DNA of 64,000 nucleotides from Patescibacteria group bacterium (GCA_049322675.1 JBMORM010000009.1:222132-286131); one strand, 5' to 3'; positions 50,601 through 54,866 are shown, counted from the stretch's first letter. The notes: generated from the letters alone by a model not told the origin. Numbers and translations: made by a program.

Positions 50601-52021
50601 TAAAATGTATGGATGATGCCGGCAATATGGCGGTCAATTCGTATGTCTTGAATTATATTATTGAGACTATGACGCCGAGAATAACGGCAGTAACGGCGGT
50701 GGCCGGCGATATGAATTATGTTTATGTGGACCCGACCGATGACGGACAAACTTTGGTGGAATATGAAACTACAGAGGGGACAACTGAATGTAAATGGGAT
50801 GTTTTGGATACAAATTACGATAACATGAATAATACCTGTCAAAATACGGAAAGATGCTTACTGAATCTAATCGGGGGCGGCAGTCAAAAGGTTTATATGA
50901 GGTGCAAAAATGCGGCCAATATGAAGTCAGATACATCTTTTAAATTGAATTACGAAATCGGGCAACCGGCAACTGATGAAAATCACTCATCAATTACCGC
51001 CCAAATAAAGGATTCTATCCCCCGCCATCCCAACACGGTAACGGTTTACTATAATCCTGCTTTTGAAAACGCAGTCAGTGACGGATCAATTAAATTAATT
51101 TTGTCAGATGAATTTGATTTATCAGGTATAACCAAAGATGATGTCATGGCTTTGGGTGGAGGGGTGGAATGGGTTAACAACGAAGTAATAACCGCAGCGG
51201 GGGAACAGATTGCCAGGAATGAAACATTGTGGGATAAATTGGCCAAGATGATAGCTCAACCACAAAATGCTCAAGCGGATGGAGAAAATTCAATCATCTT
51301 TCCATATGTTGGCGACTTGGACGGAGACAATAGTGATTTGCAATTTATTATTGGCAATGCCAATAAAATAATAAATCCGTTCACGGCCGGCACTTATCAC
51401 GTAACACTAGAAGTCAGAGATGAAGCCGGGGAAGTGATCGAGACATTGGAGGCGATGATCGCGATTAGCGAAGAGGTAAATGTAACCGCGAGTATACCGT
51501 CGATATTAACTTTTTCGATCAATCCAGTGGATAGCGGCGAGGCGGTCAATAATAATATAACTAACCAGCCGACTTTAACATCAGATAGTGTCAATTTTGG
51601 CGTTTTCCAAGCGGCTGATGACCGAATCGCTGCTCATGATTTGAACGTTTCTACCAACGCCGCCAATGGTTATATAGTGACAACACAGTACACTGGGGCT
51701 ATGACCGGTAACGCCGGTATGATGGCAGATTTCATTGGCACCAATTTGAACCCGCAAACATGGTCAAATCCGACCGGTTTGGGTGTGGAGAGTTATTTTG
51801 GATATACAACCACTGACTTTTCTTTGTCGCAAGTTCCAACAGACCGTTTTGCGAGCAATAACTGGGCGGCATTTTCTGTCATTCCTGCCGAAGTTGCTTC
51901 CAATAATCAATCAGTAAATGAAGAAATTACCAGAATCGGTTACCGGTTGCAAATCACCGACAAACAACCAGCCGGGGTTTACAACACGTCAGTTACATAT
52001 ATTTGCACTTCGATTTATTGA
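32699..52021 (+). CDS. Giant secreted multidomain protein 5 (about 6440 aa). Domains in order: signal peptide; conserved N-terminal module; about 9 LamG/ConA-like modules; four cycles of four-Cys, CHB_HEX_C-like and FN3-like modules with one F5/8 discoidin insert; about 15 further tandem four-Cys modules; conserved C-terminal module. Its start overlaps the stop of gene 4.
   Basis: ATG lies at 32699 and 32702. The ORF track opens at TTG 32693, which forms a TTGA overlap with the TGA stop of gene 4 (32694-32696). The N-terminus MMKKIKTKNERWFDRILTSTALIFCYGLSLISTVTA is signal-like. The C-terminus …SVTYICTSIY precedes a TGA stop. Confidence 0.9.
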   Translation: MMKKIKTKNERWFDRILTSTALIFCYGLSLISTVTANEDSDWMATSWGSNFNYQYQDENFVASVGDKLTDTPDTITLQVKNPEPGESWWEKWQTEDYKTMTLTLLDGEQITNDPTDQSMSDAEDKAQELEEQRSSLLNKVGSWIDLDPSSELYKTDDDQLMNQNVIDDVDSEYTIWPDYGIKENLIVKGTNGQATNTFYYQLKLDEGIEYFSTDDGNPFNLPENTYYFVDQKGNYLAHFLPILVYDSNHNLTNQVNLEINPTSDEQILMVKVQVDYAWMIDSDRQYPIIIDPTIVHNTNTDFGNGRAIDRMSLNDNILSNAEMPTATDSSVVGLWHMDEESGTSVNDYSGNNITGTSVNTTVEDGKFGKAKYFNNINTYVQIPASSAFNFGTNDWTFETWIKPSSFEACDTIYSQNNPYTILRFDCERGGSYWEIYNNGVQYDLPAHGMVAGNWYHVAVVRSNNFVYLYQNGNLLSFVSVGSNSTNLSGAIWRIGNSTWNGEYFHGDIDEFVVRNRSLTPEQVKLEAQKKSYGLYDSSVLDLGSDFSKYDKISWEEQGVQTGNGETPYSTEGLVTQWNFNETSGTTAYNNAGSCEGTCNATLSNMTTTSQDAAPNSGWTANNKRWGGGGLMFDGSNDFISISHNSNFNLTSSWTVETWIKRTGPTTTNSDGSIWKFIVRKGTYNTFGLLYDPTSGKVYSNIYNGSAWKNSTSQSVLDIGQWHHIVGVYEGNDSGTLKIFFDGVLENTTTGVGTPSTNTDPLSIIGTSNISSVSTYWPAILDSTRIYSRALAGDEILSNYQAGNIELQTRSGETADPDDGSWENWKPAGSGTETTLDNSDNLYQYNTTDSGLVSYWPMDELTDSSVEDVKGTNNGTATGTKIIDGKFGKARSFNGTTSDYISIPHSADLDFERTSTFSISSWFKSNTTGYESIVSKTDSAYKGWTLFKLANSDPNRPNSVCLILTNVNATSDMFACTPANSISAGNTYHIAMTYAGNSDASGVKIYFNGISQTVTSFRNNLTGSIQNSSPTLIGKHAYAGGNYYLNGWMDELRIYNIVLSSSQVTNQYNEGINALGQTAVQNKSSQNIKAEGTASQKISTGVPLVDANTVALWHLDETGGTGAYIKDSSGNGNNGTPTGTTSVVDGISGKARNFNGTVNDYISIPSSTSLNISSNITIEAWLFRNAAGIQRIVTKTVGNGAANNPYDFGIYTDDKLYFVRASSTTPQSFFSTNTVPVNSWSHVAVTVNNNALSFYVNGIASGTGTFTITPTTNSNPVLIGTRNDGGIFNGKIDEVRVSNIARSADEIAEAYRMGREHRITHLLDTNIDLSNNSKLPFYIAADKPGNYLQTTIGESAFANNEPDTNTVGLWHLEEATGSGAYIKDSSSYSNNGTPAAKTIFDGKIGKAVYGANISMSNEANFRFERTQPFSISGWIKIATLSSGRGYQNIFAKMLGTSPYTGYHLLVADGADSAVTGAGILRFGLINTWTTNTLLIQTNNRVDDSQWHYVVATYDGTSSASGAKIYIDGALVPTTTKYNSLTASIVNSSASPYISTSSYGGVDEVRIDKVVRTADEIRQAYEIGKRTHSVTIDFAAGLDSGNLISNNSDQSFTIDATNKGLSQKGSNLFVGEKVIVRENYDGTEYIAQGLVNSVDVSTGAIDVTSWDSNSTFPSIGFSVNADVFKWQREYWDLTGIMDNQIDSANRLTIRLADGAEGRNVWFDDFKTVGSYLSDPTGSLLNSTSNRYLQYRVMSSTTDTKVAPSLSSVTIKRPPTIDEDNESILAINEGLNRCKITSDPLIKLKNMEPANDPYLVGHWKMNETNGSTVADSSGNGNNGTATGTSIADGVMDKARVFNGSSDFVSIANQVLKQTPNLSFEAWFKQNSTSTYQNIIWATPAGPGSGIALNVDRRVIFQLDLVTGDYRAYQTNTNAYELNTWNHVVGTYSNGIFKIFLNGNEQIISLAGGTGSGDFVGETNYFIGHETSGNYFKGMIDEVSVFNKNLTPEEIKAHAQKRPYGTYTSKVLDLINNPQLNSLTWGELGVQTGSGETPKDATGLVAQWNFNETSGTTATNNAGSCGAACNGTLTNMTTSGQDASVNSGWTANNKKWGAGAAMFDGSDDYINIGSTSNLAVTNFSLETWVKTNTTALSVILGKKSNSTGGWYAYRLATYSGKINVRVQQSATPSFLDLDSNFSQINNNEWHHVVVTFDSDNKVRIYIDGKLDITSSTGNAIYYANQVSDFMIGTDVDGTKRLNGTIDSTKIYSRALSADEILSNYQAGNIELQTRSGATADPNDGSWQEWRPAGSGTETTLVNNENDSSNWSWNSVAAYMPKSKSDDSVVRLNGNTSTKLQTGILQSDANTIALWHLDETGGAGAYIKDSSGNGNDGTPSGTTVIDGIIGKARSFNGTSDYIQKTSVPAQSIYSFDMWFKPQNTITSSSACMTLMQMRTGATGDYFALQTGSCTSSLTNETITIFHDTPGRTGVLNVNISNSWHHITVNWDSSINEYRIYLDGVVQTTNSGTDGKAAFFNDPERIQIGAYMYSGTYSSYFAGLIDEVRISSAARTPEEIAEAYRAGANHHLTRDLTSAQNLSNNNKISFNVAADQPGTYLQTMIGESAFANYEPDANTVGLWHLEEATGSGAYIKDSSNSGNNGTPTGTTFIDGKIGKGRSFNGSSDYISISNNSNLNLLSEDFVIDVWVKPSTVTGTQEIISKRNGAVAEGFVIRRESGVYNFWATSNGSSWDISYGKSLGAASANTWSYLVVTRQGNNFYFYNNGIQTDSLTSSAAIQTNTRNINIGRDGSGQYFSGVIDEVRLKKGAGVTGGQIRQAYEVGKRSHNVTIDFAASLDSDNLIIDSNDKSFTIDATTKGLSYPAENLFSGDKIIVRENYNGTEYIAQGTVNGVDQDSGAVTVSSWDSGSTFPSGGFTVNADVFKWQTEYMDISQIANEDKDAMSQISLRLTNGSGGRNIWLDDFESINNYLTDPTGSAIASTSNQYLQYRAILTSNDTLLTPSFNDISLDYSPQQSSTLSSVSSSAAYLNNLNKNNFPITCQGVTASEPDLTITCQASLNQSNWYDVTSANSPLSNADLTGNVDFAGWTGYPEADGELTIYARTSDGTYASQIVNFVVNKDTVDPAINTINSVAGWTTTPYFDNTDDGNTEIIFETSPDTHSCRWDENDLSFTAMTNTCTAVGDCQIDLTGQGAKTVYISCDDTAGNILHPSQTVNYTIDSIAPTTTPTCSPADNTYFKDNLAVTCVSGEGGDLVRYTSDGTDPTISSDQWFNTNINNTSDLKFISCDLAGNCLTTFSQYHYILDNVAPPAPIINNEPQYTAGTTNAVSSNTVTDTGVGGVQYEFCADNTRSMDINLALNKTATASWTYTTQTPALAVNNNTNDFWGSGGYPPAWIRIDLGSKQNFNQLKLLPQGSPTGTVYYHIQGSDDGNNFTTIMANASANTAGPTWSTHNFSMQSYRYVRIYCNDWANSWVGIREIEIYNTADQPTASCISSGWKDVSNNIFENLLDSTKYYYFVRSKDALNNLSAWSASVNSIQDNVKPEITGINSVAGDSLAPWADKTDDGETIVNFSSSADTADCFWNTDDVAYEEMANLCATTSACTLDQVGEGNHTVFIRCSDIAGNTMDSSLVLNYAIDTIAPTTAPTCIPADNTYFYDQLVAGCTPGFGGTLVRYTNNGNTPGELSTIWENDQTINATTTFKLISCDDANNCFNEHSTYTYNKDTSPPPTPVMTAEPQLSPGTTNTVTSNTVNDTGVGGVNYQFCFSNSDSTENCNSSAWLTTNSYTFTNLAHEVKYYYFVRSKDALNNTSVWSGSTSSTQDNVAPAILSIENIGGDDTSPYLDSTDDGVTVANFISSPDAASCRWATVDADYDLMVHNCSSTGSCTFNLTGPSTKMIYLRCKDTAGNKMNYSTLMMYDVDIIPTINSITYVEDDANAPYFDLTDNGETTIIFGTSNDATACRWDIADREYSQMINNCSSTEECTVNLTGQGAKTVYLRCVDNQNQSTVNAFEVNYTIDSIAPTTAPTCTPESQMFGGSISVNCLAGEGGNIIRYSNDPNDLVDSSSSAWSDRAITTTTNLQLISCDEANNCFLEASQYDYTKDGTPPPTPLMITEPTYTRGTSNTIRSQTVTDGGIGGTIEYQFGWNLTGTAGSGMTVTSDWTTTSEAIFGNLADNTYYYFVRARDVFENTSAWSSPVASIQDNLAATLTEINSVAGDTTPNEWGDNTDDAYTDVIYTADPDVSDCKWSEEDQTYGAMPNTCNSVNRCILNLTGEGEHNIYLRCADKAGNADAVSYNLQYFIDTAPPTAKPTCTATGVIDGYFATSVNVTCSPGTGGDEVRYTTDNTIPTWQSTFWNNRSFNQTTTLKAISCDWANNCFDEVETNVYTQDLVAPPLPVMNAEPAYTAGLTNLVSGTTVTDVLPGVGLVTYQFKMKYYDGSSWAESATAWLDQPEYNFTGLTHGRTYYYAVRARDGLNNLPPDNAWSSEVSSTQDNNYPMVTGVNYVVEDYDLPYVDETDDSNTYIEYTTSDSPVTCRWSDTNESYGDMENTCENTSGCTLTLNNIGDKTVYMRCTDAANNQSPTSYRLDYRVDPNGDGRPPQITTINTVAGDNTSPYFDQTDNSQTLVEYTATTDATTCHWGTVEGTYNDLPNTCTSVSNCNLNLAGNGTKTIYMRCIDGAGNRQRSSRLLVYTIDSLPPTVNLVSVAGDTFAPYYDTSDDNNTVININSNDNLTGVQNCRWDENDQSYGAMANNCENNNQCNFSTYEGESNHTGYIRCTDNIGNAMSSSQTVTFGIDQTEPTVNSIVDVAGDTSTPYYDRSNNTDTVINFNSSDNFSGVADCRWSTTDIGYDNMYSGGEPAYYRNCSTSSCAVGSDYIYNSFWGEGNHTVYLRCIDIAGNRTSTSYPVNLTIDSIPPTVNSIISVENDLTAPYFDYTDNALTEIKYSASDNALGIAGCRWDTNNVNYEVMGQDCDINDATCDINESGQGWHNVFLKCIDLAGNTNSYNTYEYNGNFDETILVPALRANYYIDTSASNIIIDSVNGRTDTQHYDDNTDDGQTVINFHNVTALDSNTAAEDIAECKWDSEDKTYTEMTQVCASTTSCVSNLTGEGNKTIFIRCKDNQDNMTASKQVDYKIDLTQPQITNLISVAGDTTVPYYDTKPDDFYSQDSWHNLSTAIFTTSDNLAGVQTCRWDTSDKNYDTMSNECNSASSCAVNIADQGVHNVYVRCRDWAGNPMSSSLNYEYTYDVQGPTISLNVVENDMTLPYFDYTDNGNTAIDFAVDDNVLGVAGCKWDHNTSNYNLMTYTCANLGLCIFDTMGEEEQTNYISCIDEGGNASSQTVNYWIDTRPPIITSITSVAGDTTANDYNDNTDNRDTLVIFNTLAEDTAECKWSQNNLAYDSMSNVCEGADRCRLNLTGDGEKTVYLRCKDQQNKKAIAPYVLSYNIDTTPPNITSITHVASDYSAPYFDPNMDFITPISFSSYDNVSGIESCQYHMGDAFYKYSCDNNNLCTVREFTGISNRYGSHTAYIKCKDYAQNEMVDYYPVNYTTDYYGPDIDLISIAEDTTAPYYDTSDDGNTVVRIETSDLAGATACRWGINPDPVHLLDYKPNYSQLDNICESTEQCTLYLMGQGTKTIYMRCIDSLGNQTSSNDSENRPFVFNYTIDSSADGTPPRISKINSVAGDTTAVYYDNSDNQDTVISYQVDADTNNCKWDVANLSYDNLANICESTNTCNLNLAGEGAKKVYFKCIDNAGNKTINPYILRYTIDITAPTVLDIVTIASDPNNPYFDNTDDEQTLLLYHASSDTATCKWSTNNQSYAAMPNTCASTEQCNFNLSGWGEKNVFMRCIDHAGNIGLSSYAISYTLDAGADGTPPIIQSIDSVAGDETPTYYDSSDDSNTEVLFTASPDSTQCKWNTLDVPYEQMQNFCESTGQCILNVSGRGAKTVFIKCMDDAGNMAVNSYVLNYIIETMTPRITAVTAVAGDMNYVYVDPTDDGQTLVEYETTEGTTECKWDVLDTNYDNMNNTCQNTERCLLNLIGGGSQKVYMRCKNAANMKSDTSFKLNYEIGQPATDENHSSITAQIKDSIPRHPNTVTVYYNPAFENAVSDGSIKLILSDEFDLSGITKDDVMALGGGVEWVNNEVITAAGEQIARNETLWDKLAKMIAQPQNAQADGENSIIFPYVGDLDGDNSDLQFIIGNANKIINPFTAGTYHVTLEVRDEAGEVIETLEAMIAISEEVNVTASIPSILTFSINPVDSGEAVNNNITNQPTLTSDSVNFGVFQAADDRIAAHDLNVSTNAANGYIVTTQYTGAMTGNAGMMADFIGTNLNPQTWSNPTGLGVESYFGYTTTDFSLSQVPTDRFASNNWAAFSVIPAEVASNNQSVNEEITRIGYRLQITDKQPAGVYNTSVTYICTSIY
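42090..46230 (+). repeat. Four tandem cycles of three module types in giant gene 5. A is a four-Cys module of about 100 aa (…SVAGDTT.PY.D.TDD..T…YT.S.DA..C.W…D..Y..M.N.C.S…C.L.L.G.G.K.VY.RC.D.AGN). B is a CHB_HEX_C-like module (IAPTTAPTC.P…..VRYT.DG..P……KAISCD.ANNCF). C is an FN3-like module (…YYYFVR.KDALNN.S.WS).
   Basis: The A modules start near 42090, 43370, 44210/44510 and 45360. The B modules start near 42400, 43660, 44800 and 45650. The C modules start near 42650, 43900, 45050 and 45900. Confidence 0.6.
42812..43185 (+). other. F5/8 type C (discoidin) domain inserted inside the first FN3-like module of giant protein 5.
   Basis: NKTATASWTYTTQTPALAVNNNTNDFWGSGGYPPAWIRIDLGSKQNFNQLKLLPQGSPTGTVYYHIQGSDDGNNFTTIMANAS……YRYVRIYCNDWANSWVGIREIEIY fits the discoidin pattern …A.A.DG…T.W………WI.vDLG….i..V.l………y.i..S.DG..Wt…. 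Confidence 0.55.
46230..50950 (+). repeat. In-frame tandem array of about 15 copies of the four-Cys A module in giant gene 5, with a period of about 300-330 nt.
   Basis: Copies start near 46240, 46540, 46850, 47150, 47500, 47850, 48180, 48510, 48810, 49110, 49430, 49790, 50080, 50390 and 50690. Each ends …(V/I)Y(M/L/I)RC.D.AGN…… Y.ID. with conserved C.W, NTC, C.LNL and RC cysteines. Nucleotide identity between copies is only moderate, so the array is old or under diversifying selection. Confidence 0.7.
51030..52021 (+). other. Conserved bipartite C-terminal module of about 330 aa (beta-sandwich-like domain plus a terminal domain of about 170 aa). The same module is found at 13775-14685 (gene 2), 20815-21681 (gene 3), 31775-32696 (gene 4) and, for the terminal half only, at about 4213-4633 (gene 1). 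It is a candidate surface-anchoring or sorting module.
   Basis: The shared pattern is L.F.INPV..G…NG..TN……FG…..DDRIAAHDL..STNA.NGY.V…………DF.G.N..P..W..P.G….YFGYTT.D..L…..RFA…W..F…..EV……TTR.GYRLQI…..GVY…V.YI.TS.Y-stop. All five proteins end in a [TS].Y tripeptide. Confidence 0.6.
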
Positions 52022-52071
52022 TCAAAATTTTATACAATTGAATTGTTTTTATTTTAATAATAAAAAATAAA

Positions 52072-53664
52072 ATGTCGATATTTAATCTCTTCAAACCAAA
52101 ATCCAAACGCAACCCGGTTGTTTTGTTGATACTGGATGGCTGGGGTCATGCGACTGCGTGGGGCGGAAACGCGATTACGATGGGCGATACCAGAAATTTC
52201 AATTATTTATTTCAAAATTATCCCAATTTTTTACTCAGGGCGGCTGAAGATGCGGTCGGATTACCAACCACTTTGCCCGGCAATTCGGAAGTCGGTCATG
52301 TAGCGATTGGGGCCGGGAAAGTGGTGCATCAGCATTTGTTGATAATAAATAAGGCCCTGGAAGACGGATCGTTTTTTACCAATCCGGCATTTTTGGAAGG
52401 GATGAAAATTGCCAAAGAAAATAATAGCAAACTTCATATTTTGGGTATGCTTTCCAAAGGAACATTGGTTCATGGTGATATTGACCATGTTTATAACTTG
52501 GTGAAGTTGGCCAAAGATCAGGGTTTGAGCAAAGTGTATATTCACGGCTTTAGTGACGGTCGCGATTCACCTCAGAGAGACGGGTTTGAACAGACCTTTC
52601 GACTAAAAGAAAAATTAGCGGCATTGGGGGTGGGACAAATCGCGACGGTAACCGGAAGATATTTTGCCATGGACCGAAATAAACGATATGAAAGGACGCA
52701 GAGGACTTTTGAAGCGATGACCGAGGGCAAGGGTAAAAAATATAAAAATGCCGAGGATGTTTTTAGTGAAAATTACGCCAACGATGTCACGGATGAGTAT
52801 ATTGTGCCGTCAGTAGTGACTGACGAGCAAGGACAACCGATCGCCAAGATTGAAAATGGCGACGTAGTAATATTTGCCAATTTCCGGGCGGACCGTACTA
52901 GGCAAATTAGCAAGGCATTATGCAATGATGATTTCAACGGATTCAACCGCAGAGTCAGACCCAAAATTCATTTTGTTTCCATGGCTTTTTTCTCGCCGAA
53001 TCTGCCACAAAATATTGCTTTTAGGATAAATCCATCGGGACAGTGCTTGGCAGAGGTAATATCGGGAGCCGGACTAACTCAGTATCACATCGCCGAGTCG
53101 CAAAAATATCCGCATGTGACTTACTTTATAAATGGTGGAAAGGAAGAACCTTTTCAAGGCGAGTCGCGCCAGATGATTCCCTCGCGCGAAGATGTTACTT
53201 ACGATCGAATTCCTCGCATGAATATTGATAAGGTGACAAAAATTTTGGTTGATCAGATAACAAGTAAATTGTATGACAGTTATATTGTCAATTTTGCAAA
53301 TCCGGATATGGTTGGTCATACCGGCGATTTGTCAGCTACAATCGAAGCTTGCGAAGCGACGGATGAATGTTTGGGTGAAGTATGGGAGGCAGTAAAAAAA
53401 ATGAACGGTACCCTGATAGTTACCGCCGACCATGGCAATGCCGAACAAATGGTTGACATCAAGACAGGACGACCTGATCCCGAACATACCACCAACAAGG
53501 TACCATTTATCGTCGCCGACTGGGAGGGAAAATATCAAAAAAATGCAAAATTGCCTTCGGATTATGTTACGGAATTAAAGGATGTGGCACCAACTATGTT
53601 GCATCTTTTGGGTCTGGAAAAAGGAGAAGGAATGACTGGAACTAATCTTGTCGAAAAAAAATAA
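52072..53664 (+). CDS. gpmI: 2,3-bisphosphoglycerate-independent phosphoglycerate mutase (iPGM).
   Basis: The 530-aa product carries the iPGM hallmarks LLILDGWGH, SEVGHVAIGAG, HGFSDGRD, ADHGNAE and PDMVGHTG. ATG is at 52072 and a TAA stop follows. Confidence 0.9.
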   Translation: MSIFNLFKPKSKRNPVVLLILDGWGHATAWGGNAITMGDTRNFNYLFQNYPNFLLRAAEDAVGLPTTLPGNSEVGHVAIGAGKVVHQHLLIINKALEDGSFFTNPAFLEGMKIAKENNSKLHILGMLSKGTLVHGDIDHVYNLVKLAKDQGLSKVYIHGFSDGRDSPQRDGFEQTFRLKEKLAALGVGQIATVTGRYFAMDRNKRYERTQRTFEAMTEGKGKKYKNAEDVFSENYANDVTDEYIVPSVVTDEQGQPIAKIENGDVVIFANFRADRTRQISKALCNDDFNGFNRRVRPKIHFVSMAFFSPNLPQNIAFRINPSGQCLAEVISGAGLTQYHIAESQKYPHVTYFINGGKEEPFQGESRQMIPSREDVTYDRIPRMNIDKVTKILVDQITSKLYDSYIVNFANPDMVGHTGDLSATIEACEATDECLGEVWEAVKKMNGTLIVTADHGNAEQMVDIKTGRPDPEHTTNKVPFIVADWEGKYQKNAKLPSDYVTELKDVAPTMLHLLGLEKGEGMTGTNLVEKK

Positions 53665-53702
53665 TTAAGATAAAATTAATACTGTCTTAATATTTTTTTA
53701 AT

Positions 53703-53731
53703 AATTGATAGGGTGACACTATCAATTTTTT
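53703..53731 (+). terminator. Rho-independent terminator downstream of gpmI.
   Basis: AATTGATAG (53703-53711), a 7-nt loop GGTGACA, then CTATCAATT (53719-53727) form a perfect 9-bp stem, followed by a run of six T residues. Confidence 0.6.
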
Positions 53732-53750
53732 ATGCCAAGTGAAGGAGTGT

Positions 53751-54866
53751 ATGTTGCAGGATTATTTTAGTTCGGAAAAAAAAGATGAAGCATTTGTTGA
53801 TTCGGAAGATTATTTATCCAAATTAACTGATTACTTGGATCGAGAAAGAGAAAGCGTCGGTCTAGAAAAAAGGTTTGGGCTTGAGTTGTTCAAGCCGTGC
53901 AAAGAGATATTTTTGTTGGATTCCAATGATACTACTCAGGATTTTTTTCGGGATGTACAGGATCAATTTTCCAAACAGGTTGAGGTAAAAATATTTAGTC
54001 ATAAGGACGATTTTTTTGATGAATTGAATAGGCGAGTTGTTTTACCTTCTCACATATTTTTTTCTTCTCGTCACAGCGACCGAGAATATGATTCTGAGTT
54101 TCTAGCAGAATTTTTGCTTGAGTTGAGGGATCATTTTCGCGGTATGGAAAAACAAGGGTTAAAAAATGAAGATCGGCCGGAAATAATTTTTCTAAGTTCA
54201 GTAAAAGAAATTAGACAAGATGTAATACAAGAAAATCATGACGACATTGTTGACCATGTTATGTCAAAAGATTTTAGTTCAATCTGGCTAGCAGTCGAGA
54301 AATCAGGGAAAATCGAAGAAATCAGGGAAAATATCGATAAACTAGCTTTTGCCAGGGGTGGAGAGAAACTATCAGAAGGGCGTGACAATCTTGAAGAAAT
54401 AAATGACTTGAATGTGATTTATATTGACGATGATCACGATGTATTGAGTTCTTTGGAAAGATGCGGCGTCACGCGTAGCGATGAAATCGGTGAGGCAAAT
54501 TGCGTCGGATTTGATAGAGGGATAGACGCTTACAATTATTTTAAAAAAATAAAAGAAAGATTAAATGGTGGATTTTCCAGCAAGAAGTTTTTTATTATAC
54601 TTGATGGCAATCTAAAAAAGGACAAAAAATTGAAAAGTGGCGATTTGTTTTTTAACGAATTAAAAAAATTACTCAAAGACGACATTGACAATATTACTTT
54701 TATAGCAAATAGTGGCGACACCACCTGGAATATTCAGATGAAATACCAACATGGTTTTTTGAACAGCAAGAGGGGCATGCCAAAAGATGTGATGGGTTCT
54801 TTTGATTTGATTGTGGAAGAGATGGAGAAGTCAAAAAATGGTGGTAAAGACAGAGATTTGCTATAG
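53751..54866 (+). CDS. Acidic orphan protein (about 371 aa). The C-terminal half looks like a CheY-like receiver (REC) domain and the N-terminal half may be a second degenerate REC-like domain. There is no output domain.
   Basis: ATG 53751 is preceded by GAAGGAG (53741-53747); the ORF track opens at GTG 53739. REC landmarks occur in order in aa about 225-360: NVIYIDDDHDVL (acidic pair), FFIILDGNL (phospho-acceptor Asp position), ITFIANSGDTT (Ser/Thr position) and FLNSKRGMPKD (Lys position). Terminators lie on both sides. Confidence 0.45.
   Translation: MLQDYFSSEKKDEAFVDSEDYLSKLTDYLDRERESVGLEKRFGLELFKPCKEIFLLDSNDTTQDFFRDVQDQFSKQVEVKIFSHKDDFFDELNRRVVLPSHIFFSSRHSDREYDSEFLAEFLLELRDHFRGMEKQGLKNEDRPEIIFLSSVKEIRQDVIQENHDDIVDHVMSKDFSSIWLAVEKSGKIEEIRENIDKLAFARGGEKLSEGRDNLEEINDLNVIYIDDDHDVLSSLERCGVTRSDEIGEANCVGFDRGIDAYNYFKKIKERLNGGFSSKKFFIILDGNLKKDKKLKSGDLFFNELKKLLKDDIDNITFIANSGDTTWNIQMKYQHGFLNSKRGMPKDVMGSFDLIVEEMEKSKNGGKDRDLL

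Noticed and set aside
42090-50950. Highly regular repeats that could be mistaken for a CRISPR array or satellite DNA.
   Set aside because: The period is about 300 nt and in frame. The repeats encode protein modules with conserved cysteines. There is no short direct repeat and spacer architecture and there are no cas genes.
51030-52021. The C-terminal module is a WxL, SLH, LPXTG, PEP-CTERM or T9SS sorting domain.
   Set aside because: There is no LPXTG or PEP motif followed by a TM and basic tail. There are no SLH repeats. The tryptophans present (…P..W..P.G…) do not form the two canonical WxL motifs, and the terminus is aromatic-Tyr rather than a WxL tail. I report it as an unassigned conserved module instead.
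5-52021. High density of N-x-S/T sequons (NGT, NET, NGS, NTT…) as evidence that the proteins are N-glycosylated by the adjacent glycan cluster.
   Set aside because: The proteins are generally Asn-, Thr- and Ser-rich in this AT-rich genome, so sequons are expected by chance. There is no oligosaccharyltransferase (PglB/AglB) in the window, and the Wzm/Wzt pathway is not an N-glycosylation pathway. The idea is too speculative to list as a finding.
52022-52071. A small hairpin ACAAT-tga-ATTGT followed by TTTTT after giant gene 5, as a terminator.
   Set aside because: The 5-bp all-A/T stem is too weak to call with confidence. I note it only as a possibility.
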